A program made the position numbers and the translations under genes. The notes beneath the pieces are model-generated. The model saw only the letters and a program-made list of their open reading frames with translations, was not told where the DNA came from and did no database searches. Below are positions 11,577 through 23,280 of a DNA stretch of 64,000 nt, piece after piece. Positions within the stretch are counted from its first letter, which is position 1, and every line of letters starts with the position of its first letter. This stretch comes from Takakia lepidozioides (Eukaryota > Plantae > Bryophyta), in the NCBI GenBank assembly GCA_030704615.1, contig CM060731.1, positions 61,380,001 to 61,444,000 of the forward strand, read 5' to 3'.

Positions 11577-14500
11577 ATGGCGGAAAACCCGAGCGCTACA
11601 GTGTACTGCCCTCCTCACGAGCATAGAGCTTCATTTCCGTGCAGAGGGGACATCTGCCGGGTGATGGAGAAATATCTGTGCGTTCAATACCACCTGAAAC
11701 GGGGGTCGGTTTTTTTGGAGGAGGAAAGGAAGGACTCAAACGGCCTTGTTGTCGAGAGTATTGTTGTGCTCCACGATGATTTCGGCGATGGCAGGGAATG
11801 GCGAGTTCCACCATCGGACAGCCTCATATACAGGGCTGTTGGGGACTTCATTTGCCCGCCAAATGTTCCTTCTATTCTGGCGCCTTCCACGAAACAAGCC
11901 GCGAATCAGAGAGTGGCTACCTCAAAGAGAGATTTCCGCAACGAAGTAAATCTGGAGCCGAACCCATCCATGAAGACGAGCGAGAACCGGGTTGTTCACA
12001 ACCTGTCCAACTCAGACGAGGTCATGGAAGTTCCGAGGTCGTCCTGGAGATCAGGCAAGTCCTCAATGGACGTCAGTGGAGGAGGGAGTCATATTCCCAG
12101 CACGAGCACCGCAGTTCGATCTATTCTTGAAATTCTGCGAGGGCTTCACCTGGAGGGACACCGGTCGGAGCTGGACTAGAGCAAGTTCGCAATTAAATCG
12201 GTTACATGCCTTCCCGCCGACGTCGACGGTAATATCTTCTTTGAGTTCCCTCCTCGGGCGGACTACTCGAGGGCGTCCGGAATGTTGACAGATATGGATA
12301 GAAAACATGACGGTCATCCTTGGTGCGTTACCAAAACCACCAGCATGAAGATGCTCGATGGTGTGCGGGTGCGCTACGTTGTTTGTGCGGGCGCGTTGCG
12401 GTGTTTCTCCCCAACTTGCTTCCACTTTAAATCTAGAGGTCACAGGAACGAGACCGATTGGACAGGCACAGCTCATCAACCATTTCGAGCTCAGGAGAAG
12501 GTTCCGAACTCCACATTTAAGTGTGCGCATTGCAAAGAACCACCACACTGCATGTCTGTTTGTAATGCCAAGCAATTCTATGTGTTGCACCGTTTCCCTG
12601 ACCTCACCCGAGCTTGCATACACGTTGGTTCCCATTGTCACAAATTGGCGAGGGGGAACTCGCGGGAGGCTGCCCACGAAGCAGAGCAGCTCGTTCAGGA
12701 GGAGGTTAAGTTGAGACCGGGTGCCAAACCCAAACAGATACAGCTCCAAGCCGCCCATAAGATGGCATTGGCCAGAATTATGTCGGAAGACGGCTCTGAT
12801 AGAGTTCCTCTCGACGAGAAGGAAATGGAGGCATTGCTGGAGTCGGTGTCCCACGTACGTTCACCGAATGTCCGAAACCACATTGTCTCATGCAAACAGA
12901 AAATTGGGCGTGGCTCGGATATGCACTCCATTCTGGAGGTGAAGCGACGATGTGGATATGACTACATTCATGGAAGTAGGTTTCCAGGACAAGGGACTGA
13001 GGCAGATCGTTGTTTCGTATTCAAAATGTCCACGTGTGGACCTGGCAGCGGCGTCGAACTGGTCGACAGGATGACGAGTGGGGACTTGTCAAACAGTTGG
13101 GTCATGTTCGACCATATCAAGCGAATTACAAATCACCAATGGGTGACAATGGGTGCACATGTCTACGACACCCACTGCAGGATGCTAATAACAATTTCTA
13201 TTTGTGAGATGAAAGGAGAGGACACACAATCAGAGATGCTTCTTTGGCAGGGAATAAACGAACAGATGGCCAAGGCGGGATTGCCCCCTCCGAATTTCCG
13301 TGGTTTCATGGCGGACAACGCACAAGCAAATTGGGCTGCCATCCGAAGGGTGTACGGGCAAGACCCCAATGTTCCCATGGAAGGCAAGGAGAGATCTTGT
13401 GGGTTCCATTTTCTACAGAGCCTTTCGCAGTACACAACCAGGCTTGTGGCGCCAGATTTCAGAGAGGAGCACCGTTCCATGTGCCTTGCGTGGAAGCGCG
13501 CTCCCACCTTGGATGATGCAGAGACACAGTTTGCATGTATACGGGCTTGGTGGACATCGTCAGGTGCTGTAAGGAAATCAGACGAGGGAGCAATGGTCAG
13601 TTGGCTAGCATGCTGGCATTATCGTTTCCTCCAGTTTGGCGACTATATGCGGGAGGTGAGTTGCACGAATTCGCGTCCCGTTGAATATTATTCTTGGCCA
13701 TATTTGTAACTTGCTTGTAACCTCAACATGTGTTTGTGCAGGAAATGTGTCTCGACTCCGACACCGACATGCCCACAACAAACATGGCCGAATCAGTGCA
13801 CTCTTCCTGGCGTGCCTCCTCTGCGGCGCATCTGGTGGACATCCTCACTGCCACAACGGAGGACATTGTGAGGTCAATTATACAGCAATGCAGGTACAAT
13901 GAGTTCTTGAAAAGGAAACAGTGGGGCTTGGGGCCGGACAGGCAGGAAATGCTGATGTGGACTGCCTCTAGATTGAAGAATCCTCGGAAGTGGGTGGCGG
14001 CCTTGCGAGAGGGCCTTCGGGACACGCCATTGTTGCGAAGAGGCCAACATTTGGAAGGAGATGTTCATACCCGTCCAGTGAGACGAAGACTTGACGAGGC
14101 ACCTGGCGGAGAAGAGGATTCATGGCGAGCTGACAAGAATATTCGCACGCTCCCTCGTGGTCCGGTGATGTTGCCCGAGGAGGTCTCGTCGAGCACCGCA
14201 AGTCCTGCACGTTCAAGATCGTCATCTCCTTTGAGCACAGGGCGCGTGCCCTGGCAACATAACGAGCCATCTGTAGTAAAGCAGTACAACATTCCCATTG
14301 TGGAGACAAGAGTGTCGGAGTCACAGTGGAGAATTGCGATGACATTGCCGGCATTTCGAGGGAAGTGCTGCGCCATCCGGGTGGATACGAGAGCACGTTG
14401 TGGTGAGATGATTCGGAGGAACCCACACGGTGCTGTACCTGCACCTTGTTTCAGCGGCAGATTTTTGACTCCCACATTTGCTCACGCCACAACGCAGATT

Positions 14501-15139
14501 TTGGTTCTGTAGGCACGACATAATGACCTGTGTATTTGGCAAGCCCAAGTACGGGATTCAGGGAATGCCGGAGCCTCCGGGTGTCTGGCCTGTTGCACCG
14601 GGTTGCAGCCTCTCTCAGAATGAGGCGGATGCTCTATTTGCAACAGGATTTCGAATGGTGCAACGCACAGACATCCTGGTCCACGCATTTCCGGTTCCTC
14701 AGACCCAGCCATTGCAGACTGCTCGGTCCAGTAGAGACGGATTGGACAATTCTGCACATCCCACAATGCGATTCGGAAGAGTGAAGAGACGACACCCTCC
14801 CAACAAGTTGAATGAGACTCGGATTGCCAATGCTCTTGGGATGGCTTGTACTATTCAGAGCTCCGTGGACGTACCCCCACCCGGCCTTGGGCGTGTGTAC
14901 CGGATGGCAACGGCCGGCTCGGCTGTACGCGACGATGTATACACAATTACGATTGGAGTGGAGCCGCTACGGACTTCTCGTTGATGGAAGCAAAGAAGGG
15001 TTCGAAGTATTATCCGTGCAAGCATCTGTATTACATTTACCTGAAGAGGTTGAGGATGAACGTGACTATTGATGACTTTATTCATGCACCGGCGTTGAGC
15101 GTGAACGAGCTGCACAAACTCCTCCTTAAGGATTCTTGA
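11577..15139 (+). CDS. Mutator-family DDE transposase with GCM-like zinc DNA-binding domain and C-terminal SWIM (frameshifted)
   Basis: DGHPW..CAGALRC..CAHC..HVGSHCH (GCM-like); WVMFDH (D1); FMADNAQANWAAI (D2); CGFH (CxxH); TTNMAESVH (E); VYTITI...PCKHLYYI (SWIM, damaged). Intron ~13656-13741. Confidence 0.85.
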
Positions 15140-15299
15140 AATCATTGATGGGGCAAAGGGAATCCTCCATATCGATATTTTCAATTGCATTTTGCTGTAT
15201 CAGACTTTTTTTGCGGTGTAATGAAATGCACCCCAAAACTCCTGGAATGGGGCAATATTCCATTCAAACTGAGATCCAACAGAAGCAGTTGTGGGGCCA

Positions 15300-15727
15300 T
15301 TTCTGGAAAAATGGCGCCGAATTTCTCTTTTTGGGGCCGAAAACTGGCAAAGTCCCAACATGCACTGGTACCTGTGTCTGGGAAAATGGCGCGAATTTCT
15401 CTTTTTTGGGCCGAAAACTGGCTAAGTCCCAACATGCACTGGTACCGTGTCTGGAAAAATGGCGCCGAATTTCTCTTTTTTGGGCCGAAAACTGGCTAAG
15501 TCCTAACATGCACTGGTACAGTGTCTGGAAAAATGGCGCCGAATTTCCCTATTTTGCGCCGAAAACTGCCTAAGTCCGAACATGCACTGGAAAAATGGCG
15601 CCGAATTACCTGTCATGAGGGGACCTATAGCCGCGGAATTCGGCACCATTTTTCGCTAGAGAGACCTATTACCGCGAAATACGTCGCCGTTTTTTCAGGT
15701 TACGGAGCCTATTACCGCGAAATTCGG
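15300..15727. repeat. Subterminal ~75-bp array with AAAATGGCGCCGAATTT, then CCTATTACCGCG repeats
   Basis: Same core motifs as the intronic array at 4740-5760. Confidence 0.85.
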
Positions 15728-17911
15728 CGGTCCACTCAAATAGAAAATGTCATCCTGGTTGTCTAACATGACAACTCTTGGTGTTACCATGGCGCGCTCA
15801 ATGGCTGGCCTAGCTGGCAGCTCCATCAACCTGGCAGCTGCAGCTTGCCATGGCGCCGCTGTGGCAGTCTTGACCCTCAAATCCGAGGATCCCTCCGGCA
15901 CTACACCTCCCACTATCTCCGCAGAAGATGAAGTAACCTCCCCACTCTCACAGAGTGTAGCTGCCAGCCTGAACACCTCAGCTGGTCTTACCCCCGGCGT
16001 CGCAATCATGGTAGCCAAGAACAATGGAGCCTGGCACACAGATGTGGCCGCTCCCAGTAGCACACTAGCTGCCGTAGCCTTGGCAACACTAGGTAATGGT
16101 GCTACCCGTGTAGCTCTCCCCAATGACATAGTAACCTCTGCCTCGGTAACAGTCGGGCGAGAACTAGGTGCCATGGATGGCGTCGACACTGTCTCCGCCA
16201 ATGTGAATGACTGAGGAAGCCTAGCCTGACGGCTTGCCTCCCCACGCTGTGGATCCAACTCCACCTCTGCACCTCGTGGCTCAAGAACTCGTGTTGCTCC
16301 TCGAGTCACGGCTGCAGCAGACTCCACTTGCACTAGTGGTAGTGCTGCTCCACACATGAATCCCATGCCTCCCATATCTCCTCCCTCAGGAGCAGGAGGT
16401 GGACCATCCGGCCTTAGAGCCGGTACCACCTGAGTTGTAGCCATGGCAGCGAGCCTCTACTCTAGCTACTGAAGCCGGTTGGCCATGCCTTGGTCAACCC
16501 CCTGACCTCCGCGTCCTTGGCCATGTTGAGCTGGCCCTTGGCCTGCACCTCGTGGCTGGCCACCTCGTCCTCTCTGGGCTGCTCCACCTCGCCCTTGGCC
16601 ACCATTGTTCCCTTGGAACTGGCCTGGGCGCAACTCAGGATGCAAACCATAACATTGGGCCTCTCCATGCTCGTGCTTGCCACAATGCCCACACTGCAAC
16701 TGTGCAGGCTGTGCATGTGCCGGCCCTTTGCCTCCCTCTGGGCAATCCTTCTTGACATGGGGTCCTCCACATGTCCAGCACACCACATCCGCCCGTTGTT
16801 GGCCAGCAAATGAAGGGAGAGACCCCTGCATCTGAGGTCCTCTCTGCCCTTCCCTGGGCTTCACCTGAGCCCCCTTGTTGCCTTGAGCATGTTGAGGTAG
16901 TGGTTGGCTAGAAGCACCACTTCCCCGTGGTGTCTCCTTAGGAAATCCCACCATGACCACTCGTTCCTCCACCATGTTGAGCTCTATCCGCTCTGCCAGC
17001 AAAAACACATTTGCTAAGGTGGGTTGGGCCGCTTGTAGGAGAGTTGCATCCCGCACCCTTCTCCTCAGCTCCTTGTCCAATATCCCATACCAGAATTGGA
17101 CTGCCTGAGCTTCCGTAACCCCTTGGGTTACATTTATCAAGCGCCTCATGCGAGTGAAAGCCTCCCTCAAGCTCTTGGTCGGCTTCCGTTGGAACTCTTG
17201 CAAGCTCCGCAACTTCTCCGTCATCACCCCTTAGTAGTTCCCTCTCAACTCTTCGAAGAACTCCACAACAGGGTTGATGGCAGGCATGGGTACTAGTGCT
17301 GGTGCGGTAGTGGCTTGGGTGGACGTCGTAGCTACTGTACCACCAGTCCCACTAGTCCCTCTGCTACTTGCTGAAGCTGCTGGTGCAGCGGCAGGTGTAG
17401 CCACTGCCCTCATGGCTCTAGTGCCCCTAGTGATGGAGACATAGTCGGGTGACCAGTACATCCTCCACTCCTCGATCTCAACCTCATGCCCCCGCCTGAA
17501 CTCATGGTAATCATCCATAGGCGGCCCCTCAAGGTGCTGAAACAGCCCCTTCCATGCCATGAAAGGCGTAAATAGTTGTGGATTGCGCATTTGCTGCAAA
17601 TCACACCAACTATCAAACTCTTGGATAAAATCATCCAACTCGATGGTGCCCACCGCCCAAGAGTACCTTCGTGGCCCCTTGGTAGCTCCATACATCTCCT
17701 CCATTGTGTCCCACAACAATGGCAAAGAAACAACTTGCACCGCTGGTATGAGTCCTCCTGATTCACAATCCGAATCAGAACCTTCCGTAGAAGACACAGG
17801 AGGTGAAGGTGGCCTAAACCACACACCTCGTCTCGTGTACCCACTAGTATCGCTAGTGCTCGAACCGGCACTGTCCCCAGCAACTAGTGGCACCTCCGTG
17901 TTGACACTCAA
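15728..17911 (-). pseudogene. gag (two Zn knuckles) and start of pol, retroelement copy 1
   Basis: CWTCGGPHVKKDC and CGHCGKHEHGEAQC; in-frame stops; colinear with copy 2 gag (36821-39490). Confidence 0.85.
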
Positions 17912-18589
17912 CCGGTCATGAACATGTCCCTAACCCCCTCTCCAGAAGGTAACCGGGTAGAGAACTTGTTGCGGCTTATGGTTTGGAATACTAAGTTTCT
18001 AACATAGCCTACACCTGTACCTGCATCCACCGCAAACACTCCTATGGTTGGCTGGTCATCACCTCCAACCTCACCACAGGAGAAACAATGATGGTTTGGC
18101 TGGTCATCACCCCAGCCTCACCATCAACAGCATGCTCTAGGACTGGCCGGTGATCAAATCCAGACCAATCACCTATAAAAACAAATGCCCACACAAAACT
18201 AACATGGCGCACAGTCAAGCATGCAGGTATGGAGGGGATCCAAACACAAGAAATTAGAACGACAACTCCCCCACACCAAAAACAACTCCACGGTGTTGCT
18301 CCTGCAATGACACCCCAGCCCAAACCTGGACTGACTCTTGCCTCCACCTACGGAAAGGTCTTGGCCTAATGAGAGGGTGGAAACTACGAGGAAGAGAAGC
18401 TAAAGCAATGCCTAACCCCAACATGCCCTCATCCCAACACTCTTCCTCTCCTCTCTTCCCTCACTTGCATGACCATGGGAATATCATGAAGATACTCCTC
18501 AAACCGCCCTCCACGAGCTTCAAAATTCGGCCTTCAAGACCACATACCAGTCCTTAGGCAGTCCACCAGTGCCTCCACGAGTTAGCACA

Positions 18590-19150
18590 GGCCGTCCACA
18601 GGTCAACACGGGCCACCACAGACCAGCACAGGCCCACACAGCTCACAGGCCACAGCCTGTCACAGCCCTACACAGGTCACAGGGTCACAGCCCCACAGGC
18701 CGCAGCCTGTCACAGCCCATCACAGCCCCACAGGCCACAGGGCACAGCCTGTCACAGCCCCGCACATCCTGTCACAGCCTGTCACAGCCCCTCACAGCCC
18801 GTCACAGCTCGCCACAGCCCCTCACAGCCCCAAAGGCCTCAGGCACGGCCTGACACAGCCCCTCACAGCCCGTCACAGCCCCAAAGGCCTCAGGCACGGC
18901 CTGACACAGCCCCTTACAGCCCGTCACAGCCCCAAAGGCCTCAGGCACGGCCTGTCACAGCCCCTCACAGCTCGTCATAGCCCCATAGGCCACTGGGCAC
19001 AGCCTGTCACAGCCCCGCACAGCCCGTCACATCCCCACAGGCCACTGGGCACAGCCTGTCACAGCCCGTCACAGCCCCAAAAGGCCACCGGCACAGCCCG
19101 TCACAGCCCGTCACAACCCTGAAGGCCACCAGCGCAGCCCCGCACAGCCC
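18590..19150. repeat. CACAGCCC-type short tandem repeats in the retroelement 5' UTR
   Basis: Many GTCACAGCCC / CACAGGCC units. Confidence 0.85.
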
Positions 19151-20666
19151 CATCCATGGCCGCTTTGGCAGTTTAGCCACGCCAAGCTAGGGTTTGTGTC
19201 TCTTGGACTCTAGGCTTCTTTCCACCGAGCTATGGCGGCTGTGAGGAAATCAGCAAGGTATTCTTGCTCTTTCGGCTCCCACACACCACCATAGTAGCCC
19301 TAAGCCATGAGGTGGTTGCCACAAACCAAGCCTTCTTTCTCACTTAGCCTCCCCAAACACGCCACTAAACTCAATGGCAAACAACCAAGCCCTGCTGGTT
19401 CCCAGCCCTTGTGAGCACTCATTCAAGCACTCTCCTTGGCCATAGCATCTGTCTTAGAGCCTATTCCAGCCCCCTACACCTGCTGCTTCAAGAGTTGCGC
19501 TCCCTTCAAGCTTTGAAGTTGAAACCCCAACTCACATAGGCCCTACAAGTGCTTTTCTTTCACTCCAAGTGGAAACCAGCCCTAGACCTTCCGTTCTAGC
19601 TCTCTAAAGCTTGAAAACAAGAGCCTCAATGGGCTGAAGGCATGCTCCACACATGCCCCACTCTCACCATAAGAGAATCAGCTCCTTTGCTTCATTTCTT
19701 GCACCCACAAACCTGAAAATACAAGCTTCAGCAGGCTGAAAGCATGCTCCACATGCCCTACAGGGAAACCAGCCCCTTCCTTCCTTTCTTGCACTCCCAC
19801 ACCTGAAAGTGCAAGCCTTCACCAGGCTGATAGCATGCTCCACACATGCATTGCCCTCACATAAGGGAAGTCAGCCCTTCCCTCTTCCTTGCTTGCCCTC
19901 CAAGCTTGAAGATGGAAGCTTCAATGAGCTGAATACATGCTCCACACATGCAACCTCTTCACACACGAGATATCAGCCCCCTATCTTGGCTCCTTGGCTC
20001 CTTGATGCTCTCTAAGACAAGACTAAGCACTCCACAGCCTTTGCCAAGCTCCTGAAACCCTAAGGCTTACATTTCCAGCCACAAGACACTTCTCTTGTGG
20101 TGCAAGAGCTCTTCTTCCAAGCTCTGAAACCCTAGGTGCACATTCCATGGCCTTGCCGCACCTCTTAGCTCCTGTTCCAGCCCTGCTCTTGCCATGACAA
20201 GAGCCCTCTCAATGCTGAAGCTCGAGATTGAAACCCAATCTCACCATACTCCACAAAGTGCACTGATTTGCCCCAAGCCAAATCAGCCCTTTCGCTTGGT
20301 CTTGCAATCCTTCACACAATGAAAGCTCGCATTCCCAAGTCCAGTTCTCAACTTTGCCACCAAAGCCACTATAACCTGCTCTTGACTGGTCCTCTTCCCA
20401 ATCGTGCTTGCTCATGCATGTACACAATCTGAAACCATCAAGGTGCTCTGGAATTACCTGCAGCATGGTGCTTTCATCTCTGAAGCTGAAGATCGAATGC
20501 CAAGGTCTACCACCTTGTAACCCACATCGCCTCCGCTTCTAACAACCAAGAGCTCCACGGTGCTCCTTGCATAACAACTTGGTTTCTCTCATTCTCAAGC
20601 AAAAACCACAAGTGCTACAACTAACTCGTATCTGGCACTCACAGATACGAGCTGATCTTTCTCGAG

Positions 20667-20993
20667 TGATAACGAAGAAGAATACAAGCACAAGCTCATG
20701 CGAACTCACAAAGCTGAAGCATAAACTCATGCATATATAACCTCATCACTCAAATACAAGTCACGCCAAGTGCACCCCACGCCATGGGGAATCCACACTA
20801 CGGCGCCATAGCTAGGCGCGGTGAGGCTCAACTCGAGAAAGATGAGCCTCCCGCGCTTGCCATGAAGATAACCACTCCAGGGCCTAAATTTGCCTTGACC
20901 CCTGGATTGACACTTGGGTCAATCCCAAATGTCAATATGTAAAAGCTAGCTATTTCCTAGCTAGTTTCACACTAGTGGTAAAATAACTTGACA
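20667..20993 (-). repeat. 5' terminal repeat A1 of copy 1
   Basis: Matches 935-1292; reads TGTCAAG...TTATCA in element sense. Confidence 0.92.
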
Positions 20994-21051
20994 GAAATGT
21001 GAGCACTTGGCACATTCTTGCATGCGTAACTAACACTTGAATGGCAGCTCG

Positions 21052-21640
21052 AAACAGTGTGCGGCACCGCACACTATTTGTGCCCCCTTGGAACGCTCTC
21101 TTTTGGTTGAAATTGTATCCCTTCTGGTGTGTGAGGCTGACTAGAATCAGGGCAAAATGGCAGCACGAAACAGTGTGCGGCACCGCACACTGTTTGTGCC
21201 CCCCTGGAACGCTCTCTTTTGGTTGAAAATGTATCCCTTCTTGTGTTTGAAGCAGACTAGAATTAGGGCAAAATGGCAGCATGAAACAGTGTGCGGCACT
21301 GCACATTGTTTGTGCCCCCCTGGAACGCTATCTTTTGGTTGAAAATGTATCCCTTCTTGTGTTTGAAGCAGATTAGAATCAGGGAAAAATTGCAGCACGA
21401 AACAGTGTGCGGCACCTATGCCCCACTGGAACGCTCTCTTTTGGTTGAAAATATATCCCTTCTGGTGTGTGAAGCAGGCTAGAATCAGGGCAAAAAAGCA
21501 GCAGAAAACAGTGTGCGGCACCGCACACTGTTTCAACCCCCTTGGAACTCTCTCTTTTGGTTGGAAGTGTACCCCTTCATGTGTTTGTAGCAGACTTGAA
21601 ATAGCAGCTTCAAACAGTGTGCGGCACGGCACACTATTTA
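21052..21640. repeat. Right half of the AAACAGTGTGCGGCACCGCACACTGTTT array (~116-bp unit)
   Basis: Copies at ~21052, 21168, 21284, 21399 (partial), 21506, 21613 with conserved intervening sequence. Confidence 0.9.
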
Positions 21641-21699
21641 AGCCCTTCTGTATTTTAGTCACCCAACTCTATCTGTCAGGCTTCAATCAATTGAAATCA

Positions 21700-23280
21700 A
21701 TTTCGTTCAGCTATATTGTTGAACACTCCCTCCACATTTGGCATACATGTCCACAGGTATTGTTCAGAATCACATCTGGTACATTTTCAGTTGTGACGAT
21801 GCGACCATGGACCTCTTTGCCCTTTTCCAGGGCTGCCAGGCTTGCAGACGCACAGAAACTTTATGTGGTTGGGCTTCACCCCTTCCTCCATCATTTGCTC
21901 GTAGGTCCCCACAGCCTCCATCCCGCGCCCCTGATGTGCATATCCTGCAAGCATGGCGTTCCATGACACCACATCTTGTTCAGCCATATTGTTGAACACT
22001 TCCTCGGCATCCTCAATGCTCCCACAATTGGCATACATGTCCACGAGGGTATTGTTCAGAATGACATCTGGTACAATTCCAGCTTTCGCGACGCAATCAT
22101 GTACCTCTTTGCACATGCATTGCAAATGCACACAAACGTGATGTGGTTGGGCTTCACCCCTTCCCACATCATTTGATCACAGGTCTCCAAAGCCACAATC
22201 CCCCCTTGCGTGCCACGACACCACCATCTTGTTTAGCCATAGCGTTGAAAACTGTCTTCGCATTCTCTTTCCCCTTTTCCAGAGCTGCCATGCTTGCACA
22301 CGCATTGCAAACGCACACAAACGTGATGTGGTCGGGCTTCACCCCTTCCCCCATCATTTGATCATAGGTCTCCAAAGCCACCATCCCACGTCCCTGCTAT
22401 GCATACCCTGCAAGCATCGGGTGCCACGACACCACATCTCGTTCAGCCATAGTGTTGAAAACTGCCTTTGCATCCTTAATGCACTTACATTTGGCATACA
22501 TGTCGACCAGGGCAGTGTTCAGAATGACATCTGGTACAATTCCAGCTTTCCGATGTCATCATGGACCTCTTTCCCCTTTTCCAGGGCTCCCAGGCTTGCA
22601 CACGAATTGCAAACACAAACGAACGTGATGTGCAACATTTGCTCATAGGTCTCCAAAGCATTCCTACCACACCCATGCTTGGTAAATCCTGCCAACATTA
22701 TATTCCACGTGATCAAAGATGGTCGAGGCATTCTGTGGAAAACCTGGTGAGCATCCATGATGCTCCCACACTTAACATACATGTTGACAAGGGTGTTGAG
22801 TAGAAAAACATTTGGCGTTAATCACTTTGGATAATGTGAGTGTGCACCTGTTTCCAGCTTCCAGACCTTTCATCTTGATGCACTTAGCAAGAGACAGAAG
22901 ACTTATCTGAATCTGCTGAAATGCCTTGTTAGTTTAAAGCTGCAGAGCCTCTGTCAGTCTGCCTGCCTCACAAAGCATCTTCACATGCCCAGCAGAAGAG
23001 GCATTGTGGACTCCCTCTCTTGATCCTCTTTCAGAAGCTGTGGTCAAGGTTTAGGTTCTTGATTTTATCAACTGTGCCGCTATAGCTGCTACCTTTACTT
23101 GACCATCTACCCATGCAGGTTTCTTGTAGCTATTGATCCACATGGAATCATAGGTAATCTGGAGCTTGAAGTCCAGCCCTCTTGGATGAACTTGGACCCA
23201 CACTCTATCCCTGCTCCTTTTGCTATCCATGTCTCGCCACAAATCATGCATACTGCATCCTTGCCTTGCTGCTAGCACCT
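21700..23280 (-). pseudogene. PLS-class PPR protein pseudogene
   Basis: NTLVDMYANCGSIEDAEEVFNNMAEQDVVSWNAMLAGY-type repeats, many frameshifts. Confidence 0.88.

Larger units (their letters stand above)
2119..15727. mobile_element. Mutator-like (MULE) DNA transposon with accessory ParB-methyltransferase gene
   Basis: Replaces the protease-to-mid-RT part of the retroelement. Left end GAGGGGCTG with CACGGAAATAGG repeats; inverted CCTATTACCGCG repeats at 15665-15720; divergent gene pair; palindrome arrays. The right terminus is probably lost and no TSD was seen. Confidence 0.8.
758..20993 (-). mobile_element. Ty3/gypsy-type retrotransposon with split direct repeats, copy 1 (internally deleted; hosts a nested MULE)
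   Basis: TG...CA termini; 4-bp TSD GAAA (754-757, 20994-20997). Element-sense order is A1 (20993-20667), gag, RT remnant, PHD remnant, PPT, B1, A2, B2. Confidence 0.9.

Noticed and set aside
1-21640. CRISPR-like array (28-bp palindromic repeats at regular spacing)
   Set aside because: The intervening sequences are homologous to each other and ~90-140 bp long, there are no cas genes, and the context is eukaryotic.
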